Source: a virus
Length of the DNA: 64,000 bases
Strand: one strand, 5' to 3'
Virus record (IMG/VR): IMGVR_UViG_3300044568_003939
Part shown: piece after piece, positions 26,282 to 35,085 of the stretch
Layout of the letters: the number at the start of each line of letters is the position of its first letter
How positions within the stretch are numbered: the first letter of the stretch is position 1
Program-made: the position numbers and the translations under genes
Notes under the pieces: generated by a model
What the model was told of the DNA's origin: nothing
Seen by the model: the letters and a program-made list of their open reading frames with translations, nothing else
Databases searched by the model: none

Positions 26282-26653
26282 ATGAACACTGACACACCGA
26301 GAACGAATGAAGCCCTTGTCGCCATACTTGAGAGGGACGGCGAGCTGTCCGAAAAGAATGCGCCCGAGGCACTAGTGAAACTTTGCAGAGCGATGGAATG
26401 CAAAGTAAAGGAACTGAACCACCAACTCGCCAGATCGCAAGAAGCCGCGGATCGGCTTGAAGAGTTGCAGGCACAGCTGCAGGAAGCACAGGACTATGCG
26501 AACCGATTGGTAGCGCATAAAAATATGCTGTGTCTGCCAAAGGATTTGCAAAATCTCCGTAGCGTGAATTCACAGTTTGCGGCGGAAAATCACATCTTAA
26601 AAGAACAGATGAGAATACTAGAGAGTTCTAAAAACCAAATAACATGGACATAA
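26282..26653 (+). CDS. TPRT-motif coiled-coil mosaic protein
   Basis: Modules shared with 24882 and 6427. Confidence 0.7.
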   Translation: MNTDTPRTNEALVAILERDGELSEKNAPEALVKLCRAMECKVKELNHQLARSQEAADRLEELQAQLQEAQDYANRLVAHKNMLCLPKDLQNLRSVNSQFAAENHILKEQMRILESSKNQITWT

Positions 26654-26844
26654 AAGATAAACGAATAACTGTTACTGTTGTGAATCATAATAAGTTCAAC
26701 AGCGAATTGCAATTAACGATGAACTGGGATGCCAATCTCGATGATTGGATCGGTGCATTCAAGACGATCTTGATTCATCAGACGTTTGCAGAAGATAGCG
26801 TCAAAGAATTATTTGAAGACGCTATCCAATACACACTATTATGA
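26644..26844 (+). CDS. Hypothetical protein
   Basis: Packed ORF. Confidence 0.6.
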   Translation: MDIKDKRITVTVVNHNKFNSELQLTMNWDANLDDWIGAFKTILIHQTFAEDSVKELFEDAIQYTLL

Positions 26845-27446
26845 GCAGCACTGCATACAATGGATACAAGCACTTCTTTCTTGATGTTGAAACCACTGGC
26901 ACTGATCGGTCATTACACAACATTTTTCAGATTAGTGGAATCCTTACAGACGAGAACTTTAATATTCTAGAAGAATGTGACCTTAAGTTTAAGCCGTTTA
27001 GTCTTGAACATTGGGAGCAGGGCGCATTGGACAAGACGGGCATGACATTAAAATCACTTGCCGAACTAGAGTTGAATAGCGCCGGTGCTTACCTGCAATT
27101 CTCACAGTTGCTATCACGTCATTGCAATAAGTTTGACAAGAAAGACAAGATTCATTTTGTTGCCTATAATGCAAGCTTTGATGCAGACTTTATTCGTGAA
27201 TGGTTTGCCAAACATGGAGACAACTATTTCGGCAGCTGGTTTTGGCATCCGCAGATTTGCGTAATGCAAGCCGCGGCATGGATGACCCAACGAGTACGTG
27301 GCGCATTGCCCAATTTTCAGCTGGGAACGCTCTGTCAATGTGCTGACCTGGGATGGGATGAAACACAAGCACATGATGCAAAATATGACATTCTGAAGAC
27401 TCTGCAGCTGTTCCGATACATTCAGGCAAATGTGCCTACGCTGTAA
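26841..27446 (+). CDS. DEDDh 3'-5' exonuclease (DnaQ-like)
   Basis: DVETTG, YNASFD and HDAKYD motifs. Confidence 0.9.
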   Translation: MSSTAYNGYKHFFLDVETTGTDRSLHNIFQISGILTDENFNILEECDLKFKPFSLEHWEQGALDKTGMTLKSLAELELNSAGAYLQFSQLLSRHCNKFDKKDKIHFVAYNASFDADFIREWFAKHGDNYFGSWFWHPQICVMQAAAWMTQRVRGALPNFQLGTLCQCADLGWDETQAHDAKYDILKTLQLFRYIQANVPTL

Positions 27447-27564
27447 CTCATTGAAAATCAACGGAAACCCAAAAAATGCATATTTTTGAAGATTTATGTA
27501 TTTTTTCCTTTACAAGTCCTCAAAAATGTTGTATAATAATTCTGTAAGGAAACCACCACAAAAT
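27443..27564 (+). promoter_or_regulatory. Early promoter cassette
   Basis: 20-bp motif at 27443; TTTACA at 27509, TATAAT at 27532. Confidence 0.85.
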
Positions 27565-27852
27565 ATGTCAAAACCAACTGTTGCTACCCTCAAGTCGTTT
27601 ATCGCTAAAAACCGAGCAAACCTATTCGTTCAACAAAAAAGTGCATTTGACGGCATGCATGATTGCGTGATGCAAAATGAGCATGCTGGCTTTACTCCTG
27701 CAACCGCAAGTGACGGTTATAAAAATACTCTAGGCATCAACGGAGTGTGGGTTGTGGGCCGAGACGCAATCTCGCCTTTTGAAGCTAAAGGTTTTAAAGG
27801 CTATAGCGTCTACAATTGCTGCGGCTCGTTTGTCCTTGCTGTCCGTGCCTAA
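27565..27852 (+). CDS. Conserved phage hypothetical protein (YNCCGSF)
   Basis: ATG after leader. Confidence 0.75.
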   Translation: MSKPTVATLKSFIAKNRANLFVQQKSAFDGMHDCVMQNEHAGFTPATASDGYKNTLGINGVWVVGRDAISPFEAKGFKGYSVYNCCGSFVLAVRA

Positions 27853-27886
27853 TTTCTAAAACTAACCTCTACCTATAAATTATATT

Positions 27887-28144
27887 ATGAAAGACCAAAA
27901 CTACATTGTACTTGATAAGAATGGAAACGAAGTGATTGTGCCAGCGCGCACAGCATCTGAAGCATTAGGTATCTTCCTTAAGCGCGGCCGATTCGGTTTG
28001 GGCGCTGGCTGGACGCTTACTCGCCAACCAGACGGTTGGATTGTGGCTAGCAATAAGACTGGCAGGACGCTTGAGCGTACCTACCACAAGCTGCGCGAAG
28101 CAGACTACAGCCGCGCGCACAAGCGCTATTCCAACATTGCCTAA
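27887..28144 (+). CDS. Hypothetical protein
   Basis: ORF. Confidence 0.65.
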   Translation: MKDQNYIVLDKNGNEVIVPARTASEALGIFLKRGRFGLGAGWTLTRQPDGWIVASNKTGRTLERTYHKLREADYSRAHKRYSNIA

Positions 28145-28172
28145 TCTCCTAATACACACCAACTACTATATC

Positions 28173-28376
28173 ATGAAACTAAAATTTAATTCGCAAACAT
28201 CTTTTAATACCGCTTACAATGCACTTAGTGGCAATAACTTTAAGTTTGACAACTATCGCGATGAACTCGCACTAAAGTTCTTTACTACAGAATGTGTCGG
28301 CAATGCAATTCTCGACTTGACCTCAAAAGGATTGATTGAAGGTACTGACTTTAATTTTTATCGTTATGCTGCTTAA
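28173..28376 (+). CDS. Hypothetical protein
   Basis: ORF. Confidence 0.6.
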   Translation: MKLKFNSQTSFNTAYNALSGNNFKFDNYRDELALKFFTTECVGNAILDLTSKGLIEGTDFNFYRYAA

Positions 28377-28421
28377 TGAATCGGGCGGTTACGCAGCCCG
28401 ATTTGATTATATCACTAAATT

Positions 28422-29537
28422 ATGAAATTACCTACCCTTTATAGTCGCACGAGCACGGGAGCCATTCAAGTATGGACCGTCGAAATTCAAGAAAACGCTT
28501 ACCGCACATTGCATGGTCAATACGGTGGCAAGATTGTCACCACCGAATGGTTTACGGCGTCTCCTACTAATGTGGGGCGAAGCAATGAGCGTGACGGCGT
28601 TGCACAAGCTCTGTTTGAGGCTCAGGCATGCTGGAAGAAAAAGTGTGACAGCGGAATGTTTGAAGACATTCTTGCAGTTGACACCTTTACATTCGTCGAG
28701 CCGATGTTGGCAAAAAAGTGGGAAGATCGCCGCAGTAAGGTTTCGTTTCCGCTCTATTGTCAACCCAAGCTGGATGGCATGCGCGCAGTCATTACTCGAC
28801 ATGGTGCAACAAGCCGCAACGGCAAGCCATGGGTAACCATCCCGCACATTCTCAAAGCATTGGAACCAGTGTTCGCAGCATACCCAGATTTGATTCTGGA
28901 TGGTGAATTGTATTGCCACGGGCTACACGATGACTTTAACAAGATCAGTTCGCTTATCAAAAAGACTAAGCCTACCACTGCAGATCTTGAGGAAAGCGCT
29001 GCAACCATTCAATATCACTGGTATGATATTGCGGACAACAAGCTAAAGTTTGTTGATCGTAACCAAAAGATTGGGAGCATTTGCGCAACATATGATTTTA
29101 ACGAAAAGTCTGTGGTTGTTCCAGTACCAACATATGTTGCATGTGATGAGCTGCATCTTGATGAGCTGTATGGTATTCTTCTTGAAGATGGTTATGAAGG
29201 TCAAATGGTTCGCACCAATGAGCCTTATGAATTTAAGCGCAGCAACACACTGCTTAAGCGCAAGGAGTTTCAAGATGATGAATATCGTATTGTGGAAATT
29301 TGTGAAGGTAATGGCAACAAGACTGGAATGGCTGGTTATGCTGTTCTTGAGCGCGAAGATGGTGTTCGTTTCCGTAGCAATATCAAAGGCAATCATACGT
29401 TCCTAAAAGCGCTGCTGCCACAGGCTGCAAGTTATGTTGGGCAATATGCAACCTGCAAGTACTTTAATCTTACACCTGACGGGATCCCAAGATTCCCTTA
29501 TGTGATTGGATTCCGTGCTGGACGTGGAATGGACTAA
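28422..29537 (+). CDS. ATP-dependent DNA ligase
   Basis: PMLA, QPKLDGMR, DGELY, EGQMVR and LLKRK motifs. Confidence 0.92.
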   Translation: MKLPTLYSRTSTGAIQVWTVEIQENAYRTLHGQYGGKIVTTEWFTASPTNVGRSNERDGVAQALFEAQACWKKKCDSGMFEDILAVDTFTFVEPMLAKKWEDRRSKVSFPLYCQPKLDGMRAVITRHGATSRNGKPWVTIPHILKALEPVFAAYPDLILDGELYCHGLHDDFNKISSLIKKTKPTTADLEESAATIQYHWYDIADNKLKFVDRNQKIGSICATYDFNEKSVVVPVPTYVACDELHLDELYGILLEDGYEGQMVRTNEPYEFKRSNTLLKRKEFQDDEYRIVEICEGNGNKTGMAGYAVLEREDGVRFRSNIKGNHTFLKALLPQAASYVGQYATCKYFNLTPDGIPRFPYVIGFRAGRGMD

Positions 29538-29540
29538 CAT

Positions 29541-29660
29541 ATGAAACGATTTTACTGCATAAAACACTCCGCTATGATGATTAGCGTGATTGTAGCTAAC
29601 TTTGCTGCATGGATACTAATCGTGTATGCATTCGCCGCCTTAATTAAGCATTATCTCTGA
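29541..29660 (+). CDS. 39-aa TM microprotein
   Basis: ATG 3 nt after ligase stop; hydrophobic. Confidence 0.45.
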   Translation: MKRFYCIKHSAMMISVIVANFAAWILIVYAFAALIKHYL

Positions 29661-29673
29661 TTCCGCATCAGTT

Positions 29674-29711
29674 ATGCCGCAAATCTGGATTTTTCTGGAT
29701 TTGCGGCATTT
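29674..29711 (+). terminator. Hairpin/terminator upstream of promoter cassette
   Basis: atgccgcaaatc/gatttgcggcat stem. Confidence 0.7.
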
Positions 29712-29715
29712 CTAT

Positions 29716-29825
29716 GTAACTTGTTGGTAGTCTGTAGCGGAAAAATATGCATTTTTCTTCATTTTTTCCTTTACAAAGCCGATTTTTTGTTGTATAATAA
29801 TTCTGTAAGGAAACCACCACAAAAT
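29716..29825 (+). promoter_or_regulatory. Early promoter cassette
   Basis: TTTACA at 29770, TATAAT at 29793; leader identical to the 27.5 kb copy. Confidence 0.85.
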
Positions 29826-30032
29826 ATGACTACTCCAACCGTAATTAAGACCACCACCTCCGATATTGACAGCCAAAACCGCCAGTTTATCTGGACGCAA
29901 TATTCCGATGGCAGCGCGCTTAGTTGCGAAATTACTCGCTGCACCGGCGATGCCGCACGCCCCGCCAAAGAAACTTGGCGGGAGTTTCACGAAGCTGGCA
30001 GCACCATGGCGCTCATGATTTGCGCTTGGTAA
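29826..30032 (+). CDS. Hypothetical protein
   Basis: ATG after leader. Confidence 0.65.
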   Translation: MTTPTVIKTTTSDIDSQNRQFIWTQYSDGSALSCEITRCTGDAARPAKETWREFHEAGSTMALMICAW

Positions 30033-30075
30033 TTGCTGGTGTGCCTAAAATTAAACTTTACCTATAAATTATATT

Positions 30076-30333
30076 ATGAAAAACTATACTATGTACGAAA
30101 CCTATAAAACCGAAGCTGAAGCACTCGCGGCAGCTGAAAAGTACGCTACTGAAAACTGTGGTGTTGATACATTCGACGGTATGAACTGCAATGATTACAA
30201 AGAGGATCATGAGCCTGAATGCACTGGTTGGGACGGCTTTGATCGTCGATGTGACTGCGGTAACCGTCGCGTATCATGGGACATTGAGAAGAACCTCGAT
30301 GGTACCTTCGCCGCCTGGGCCCGAGCCTACTGA
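30076..30333 (+). CDS. Cys-rich hypothetical protein (CxGWDGxDRRCDCGNRRV)
   Basis: Putative Zn-binding motif. Confidence 0.75.
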   Translation: MKNYTMYETYKTEAEALAAAEKYATENCGVDTFDGMNCNDYKEDHEPECTGWDGFDRRCDCGNRRVSWDIEKNLDGTFAAWARAY

Positions 30334-30363
30334 AAAATAAATGAAAATCACAGCATTTTATCC

Positions 30364-30428
30364 TTTACAAGCTTCCCACATTTTGTTATAATAATTCTGT
30401 AAGGCAATCAATTAACCACAAGACAAAT
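30364..30428 (+). promoter_or_regulatory. Early promoter cassette
   Basis: TTTACA at 30364, TATAAT at 30387, GTAAGGC leader. Confidence 0.8.
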
Positions 30429-30812
30429 ATGAATACCAATCGTTCCACTAATTACCTCAAGACAATTGTCAATGACCAATCTGCAACAGCTGAAATCCGA
30501 AGGGTGCAGGCATCTGCACGAATCTTCAATCTCGAGCAAAAACTGATGCAGGAAAAAAATCCAGCTCACATTCGCCTTGTTCAACGTGTTGACCGTTTTG
30601 GTCGACTTGGGAAGAATAATCCTGCAGCTGTCGGTTACCGCGAGCGTGCAGAGAAGCAGAGGCGCAATTATAACTATGGTGCCAACCCTTATCAGCGCAT
30701 TGCAATCTCTGATGCTGCAACGGTTGACATTTACATTCGCACAATTCATCATGAGTCATGCGCACGTCGGCAATTTGTTAATATGACCACAGGTGAACTC
30801 TATTACGCTTAA
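30429..30812 (+). CDS. Basic hypothetical protein
   Basis: ORF after promoter. Confidence 0.75.
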   Translation: MNTNRSTNYLKTIVNDQSATAEIRRVQASARIFNLEQKLMQEKNPAHIRLVQRVDRFGRLGKNNPAAVGYRERAEKQRRNYNYGANPYQRIAISDAATVDIYIRTIHHESCARRQFVNMTTGELYYA

Positions 30813-30819
30813 TCTTTAT

Positions 30820-31071
30820 ATGAATGAAACACCGCTAATACCAACCGCAGCTTTCGATAGGAGTGCAGCACTCCCAGACTCTAGGTATATTTTTAGCGGC
30901 AACTATGTGATATTTACGCGCCGCCGATTTGTTTTTCACATCACCTTTGGCCGAAGTTATGCTAACATGACTCTGATTGAAGCACGGCGTAAACTTAAAA
31001 AATACTATACCAAAGGTGAACAGAATGACATCCTGCATTATCTCAAAACCAACAACATTTTAAAAGCATGA
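30820..31071 (+). CDS. Hypothetical protein, paralog of 10261
   Basis: ARRKLKKYYTK...DILHYLK. Confidence 0.7.
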   Translation: MNETPLIPTAAFDRSAALPDSRYIFSGNYVIFTRRRFVFHITFGRSYANMTLIEARRKLKKYYTKGEQNDILHYLKTNNILKA

Positions 31072-31283
31072 CCAATGGGATTCAGGTGGTAGCAAACTAC
31101 AAAGCGTCCATGATGGGTGGAATGGAAATCGTTCAAGTTTATCTTAAAACTGATGAAGGTGAAATTACCTTGAGTAAGAAGCAATGGGATGAAATCAAAA
31201 CAACTATGGCTGGGCATCGCAAGAGTGGATATTCAGAAGAGTTTGATGGTTATACTCCACACACAGCAGCTTTTTGGAATTAA
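31068..31283 (+). CDS. Hypothetical protein
   Basis: ATGA overlap. Confidence 0.65.
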   Translation: MTNGIQVVANYKASMMGGMEIVQVYLKTDEGEITLSKKQWDEIKTTMAGHRKSGYSEEFDGYTPHTAAFWN

Positions 31284-31295
31284 GAAAATATACAT

Positions 31296-31601
31296 ATGAC
31301 AGAAGTAGAAATTTATTTTAACGTAGACAAGCAGCATCGCTTTACTGAAACAGAGGATGCAGATCGTGAGTTTGCATTGTGGTACTATAGCGACAAAACT
31401 GGAGAGGCTGCTGCGGAAGAAGCCTTTCACATTTCAAATGCTCCAGATGAATTGCTGACTGATAAGCAAAAACACATCAGACTCCGTTGGAAAGGTCGTT
31501 CACTATCCATTGGTGATGTTGTCGGTCTAATTGAAAAATCAGATGATCAAATAGTCACTCAACGGTACCTGTGCTGCAGCTGTGGATGGAAACAAATTTA
31601 A
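31296..31601 (+). CDS. YodL-like domain protein
   Basis: GRSLSIGDVV...YLCCSCGW motif. Confidence 0.6.
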   Translation: MTEVEIYFNVDKQHRFTETEDADREFALWYYSDKTGEAAAEEAFHISNAPDELLTDKQKHIRLRWKGRSLSIGDVVGLIEKSDDQIVTQRYLCCSCGWKQI

Positions 31602-31602
31602 T

Positions 31603-31860
31603 ATGACAGACACTATTAGAAAAGCAATTTTATCTTCAGGATTTTTGATATGCCCGGGATGCAATGGCGAAGGAGAAATTGGTTGTTGGAGCGGCCATGA
31701 ATCATTTTCAACATGTTATTTTTGTGCAGGACATGGAATGATTCGATCCTTAAAGAAAGTAAAACAAAGGAAAGAATGTATAATTTGTCAAGGGAAAGGA
31801 TGTCTGGGCGGTTGCAACCACAGAGGATATCACGAATGGGAAAGTTACGAATTGGTATGA
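31603..31860 (+). CDS. DnaJ-type CxxCxGxG zinc finger protein
   Basis: CPGCNGEG, CYFCAGHG, CIICQGKG. Confidence 0.75.
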   Translation: MTDTIRKAILSSGFLICPGCNGEGEIGCWSGHESFSTCYFCAGHGMIRSLKKVKQRKECIICQGKGCLGGCNHRGYHEWESYELV

Positions 31861-32036
31861 AACATTACACAGCAGAATGGTTACTAGTACTTGCACTAAT
31901 TACATTGCTTATTACAGCATTTTTAGTTGCTCAACAAAGAGATGATCTTAAAGCCGAAGCGGTAAAGCGTGGAGCCGCAGAATGGGTTGCCGATTATAAT
32001 GGCATCACCACATTTAAATGGAAAGAAAAACAATGA
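31857..32036 (+). CDS. N-terminal TM protein
   Basis: ATGA overlaps on both sides. Confidence 0.65.
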   Translation: MKHYTAEWLLVLALITLLITAFLVAQQRDDLKAEAVKRGAAEWVADYNGITTFKWKEKQ

Positions 32037-32626
32037 AACCGATTACACTATACCTAATTCGCCATGGGCAGAGCGAAGGCAATGTTAATACTCAAGTCTA
32101 TTATGATAAGAATGATTGTGATATCGAATTGACTGCGCTGGGTCACTCTCAAAGTTTAGGCGCCGGTGCAGAGCTAGCACGCATGATTGACCACACTGCA
32201 CCAAGGATCATTTGCAGCGCATACATGCGTGCTAAGCAAACTGCAAGCGGTATATACAGTGTATTGGCAGAAGATCATCAACCAAGCCTACAAGAGGATG
32301 TATTGCTACGAGAACGAGAGTGGGGTAGCCTGCGAACAGTTGTAGATAATCGACACCTCAAGCGTGAAGAACACTTTAACTTTTATTATCGTGCACAAGG
32401 TGGAGAAAGCTTTGCTGATGCCTATACACGTGTAGTGTTATTTTTCCAATGGCTGGAGCTCCGTCGGCTGCGCAATCCACACGATGACAGCCCAATCGTC
32501 ATTGTTTCACATGGTGAATGGATCCGCCTTGCATTGATGTATCTGGATGGAAATACTGTTGAGTACTTTACAGTCAACCGTAAGAATCCAAAAAATTGTG
32601 TTATTCACACGCGCACACTATCATAA
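32033..32626 (+). CDS. Histidine phosphatase (PGM family)
   Basis: LIRHGQS, RAKQTA, GGES and VSHG motifs. Confidence 0.9.
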   Translation: MKPITLYLIRHGQSEGNVNTQVYYDKNDCDIELTALGHSQSLGAGAELARMIDHTAPRIICSAYMRAKQTASGIYSVLAEDHQPSLQEDVLLREREWGSLRTVVDNRHLKREEHFNFYYRAQGGESFADAYTRVVLFFQWLELRRLRNPHDDSPIVIVSHGEWIRLALMYLDGNTVEYFTVNRKNPKNCVIHTRTLS

Positions 32627-32631
32627 AGTCC

Positions 32632-32660
32632 TTTACATTCTCAAGAAAATATATTATAAT
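32632..32660 (+). promoter_or_regulatory. Early promoter TTTACA-N17-TATAAT
   Basis: Consensus match. Confidence 0.75.
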
Positions 32661-32668
32661 AAATCGTA

Positions 32669-32938
32669 ATGAAAATTAAACATACAAAAGAAACTCTAAA
32701 AACCGCACTGCAAGCCGGTGCGCACTCTGTAACCTTTACTAAGCTGGATGGTTCTGTTCGCGAAATGATTGCTTCACTGCATGCATCGGATATCCCAGCT
32801 GAGCATACACCCAAAGGAACTGGTATGGCCAGTGATGGTGCAGACGCTCCATTGCGTGCATATGATATTCCAAATGCTGGATGGCGCAGTATCAATGTTA
32901 GCACAGTTACCAGCGTGATTCCATTCAATAACGCATGA
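32669..32938 (+). CDS. SH3/WYL-like beta-barrel protein
   Basis: FTKLDGSVREM...YD....GWRS pattern. Confidence 0.65.
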   Translation: MKIKHTKETLKTALQAGAHSVTFTKLDGSVREMIASLHASDIPAEHTPKGTGMASDGADAPLRAYDIPNAGWRSINVSTVTSVIPFNNA

Positions 32939-34155
32939 GCATTCAATTTAAAGCAGGGCGCGTATTAGCGCCTGACAGCAAATGGACTGGAGAAGAACCG
33001 GATTGGCATGGGTGGGAAAAGTGGGACACTGAAAAGTTCTATCGTACTCGTCAACGTGCATTGCAATTCTATAACTATTATCTTGATGCGACATCAATGA
33101 AGCCGATGGTGTTAGGGTGGATGAAGAAGGAAGGTTACTCCCAAACCGAGATCAGTACAATTAAAGACGCCAGTCCAAATGTATTGCCAAGTACTGTCGG
33201 CAAACTTGTACGCTGTCTTGAGCACGGTATGCCAAGCCTTCATCCTGAAGCGCACCAATACTTTGCGGCATTGCCTTTTCATGAACATCCACCAACCGCT
33301 AAGGATGACCGTATCATAGCAAAAAGTGAAATTAACAATGCTCTTGCCGTATTGAGTAATGCCAAGTATGTTGCTGCTCAAGAAAACAATACACCTAAAG
33401 CATATGTACCGTCTCCATTGGAGCGTATTAAAAATAAAGTTGAAAAGGAAATTGTTGGCGCACTACTTGATCCGCTGCTTGATGCATGGTGCGATACAAG
33501 TGTTGAGGTTGCAACTGTTAATCTTGTAAGTTACTTGCGTGATGGCAAGGTACCAACCCAAGGCTGCAAGTTTATCCTTGAATGGTTGAACGCAGTACAT
33601 GCTGAGTATAATGGTGCTTATACCAAAGAAGACGCACAACTGGTTGAAGGGTATAGTTACCTGTCACGCGCCGATTTGCGCAAGATTGTCAAGAACCTTG
33701 AAGTTATGATTGGAGATGTCAATGCGCATGCCAAGATTAAGGTTAGCATGCGCAAGCCGCGCGTTAAGAAGGTTAAGGATGCAAGCAAACAAGTTGCTAA
33801 ACTTAAGTACCAAACCAACAGCAGCGAATATAACATTGACAGCATCAATCCATCACGTATCCCTACAGCTCAGCGATTGTATGTGTTCAATACCAAGACG
33901 CGTCAACTAGGTGTATACTTTGCAAAAGGAAGTGCTGGTTTTGAAGTTAAAGGCACTAGCATCAATGGTTATGACGCTGCTGCTAGTTATATTGCCACTC
34001 TGCGCAAACCTAAAGACCTGCTAAATGCGGTACTAAGCAATGCACCAAAGGCACTTGATAAAACGATTGAAGCCGCTAAGTTGAAAAAGAGGCCTGCAAA
34101 TGGCCGATTCAACCAACACACTGTCCTACTTAAAGTAGTTGAAAACAAGCTATAA
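32935..34155 (+). CDS. Conserved T4-like phage hypothetical protein
   Basis: 406 aa; VFNTK...GFEVKGT...TLRKP...NGR C-terminal domain; upstream of gp33. Confidence 0.75.
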   Translation: MSIQFKAGRVLAPDSKWTGEEPDWHGWEKWDTEKFYRTRQRALQFYNYYLDATSMKPMVLGWMKKEGYSQTEISTIKDASPNVLPSTVGKLVRCLEHGMPSLHPEAHQYFAALPFHEHPPTAKDDRIIAKSEINNALAVLSNAKYVAAQENNTPKAYVPSPLERIKNKVEKEIVGALLDPLLDAWCDTSVEVATVNLVSYLRDGKVPTQGCKFILEWLNAVHAEYNGAYTKEDAQLVEGYSYLSRADLRKIVKNLEVMIGDVNAHAKIKVSMRKPRVKKVKDASKQVAKLKYQTNSSEYNIDSINPSRIPTAQRLYVFNTKTRQLGVYFAKGSAGFEVKGTSINGYDAAASYIATLRKPKDLLNAVLSNAPKALDKTIEAAKLKKRPANGRFNQHTVLLKVVENKL

Positions 34156-34394
34156 TGACTGAAGAACTACATATTAAAGTATTAAGCAAGCAAGAATTTG
34201 CATTGCAAATTGAGAGCCGTGTCAAGCGCAAAGAAATGGGTTACCTAGAAGCCATCATTGACTATTGTGACTCCAACGGATTGGAAGCCGCTGATGTACA
34301 CAAGTTGGTGGTTGGCAGTCTTAAGGACAAACTTGAAGCAGAAGCACAGCGCAATAATTTATTACCCAAATCATCTACTGGAATCTTTGCGTGA
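34155..34394 (+). CDS. 33: Late transcription coactivator gp33
   Basis: YLEAII.YC...LKDKLEAEA motif; synteny with 59 and 32. Confidence 0.85.
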   Translation: MTEELHIKVLSKQEFALQIESRVKRKEMGYLEAIIDYCDSNGLEAADVHKLVVGSLKDKLEAEAQRNNLLPKSSTGIFA

Positions 34395-35038
34395 TTTGTT
34401 TGTCTACTGAAACTGGAGTTGCACCGTTTGATGTGTGGAGTATCTATACAGCAATCAACCTGCATTTTAAAAAAGGTGGGAGCTATGATGCATTCAAGTT
34501 TAACTTTAAAGGCCCGCGACTAAAGCGCGAAACCTTTATGACTAATCGTAACCGCTACTCCTTTGAAAAATTAGCACGTGCTTATCCCAAAAAGAATGAC
34601 TTGATTTGCTACTTTACGAGCAATGTGATAGCTGGCAATGTATGGATCAACAACATGAATGATAGCGTTTATGCTGAATGGTCTTCACGCATTCAATCAT
34701 TGGACTATCGCTTTAACTCTGAAATGAGCGATGCAGCATTGCTTGCTGAGCGCAATGGTTATTTGTTTGACCAACTCTTTAAGCCGCGTGATAAGAGCGA
34801 GGTGCCTGCAATCTATAAACTATATCAAGCTGAAAAAGTAAGCCTTGAATCATTGGTAATACTAGACAATCTACTCAACTATACTAAGAGTATAAATAAC
34901 AATCTTAGTGATCCGCTCGAAATATCAAGTGATATTTCACACCGCGTCATTAAGTATAAACCTTTTCTACGTTCAGAAATGAATGTAGAAAAACACAAAA
35001 AGGTTGTAATTAATTTGTTTACAAGTGTAAGCAAATAG
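34391..35038 (+). CDS. 59: Helicase loader gp59
   Basis: LHF...YDAFK, SLESLVIL and KYKPFL motifs; synteny. Confidence 0.85.
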   Translation: MICLSTETGVAPFDVWSIYTAINLHFKKGGSYDAFKFNFKGPRLKRETFMTNRNRYSFEKLARAYPKKNDLICYFTSNVIAGNVWINNMNDSVYAEWSSRIQSLDYRFNSEMSDAALLAERNGYLFDQLFKPRDKSEVPAIYKLYQAEKVSLESLVILDNLLNYTKSINNNLSDPLEISSDISHRVIKYKPFLRSEMNVEKHKKVVINLFTSVSK

Positions 35039-35085
35039 ATTATAATAAAACACAACGCAATACAAAACAACACACTGTAAATAAT
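34891..35085 (+). promoter_or_regulatory. gp32 promoters (late TATAAATA at 34891; early TTTACA 35018/TATAAT 35041) and unstructured A/C leader
   Basis: Consensus matches. Confidence 0.65.

Noticed and set aside
353-26653. Diversity-generating retroelement behind the repeated gene segments
   Set aside because: No reverse transcriptase in the window, all repeat copies are coding, and differences are not adenine-specific
27496-27564. N-terminal extensions such as MYFFLYK...LYNN.VRK on ORFs at 20359, 23872, 27496 and 29721
   Set aside because: These are translations of the promoter cassette; the true starts are the downstream ATGs
1-30430. CRISPR array from recurring promoter repeats
   Set aside because: Repeats are kilobases apart, flank genes and match promoter consensus; there is no regular repeat-spacer period
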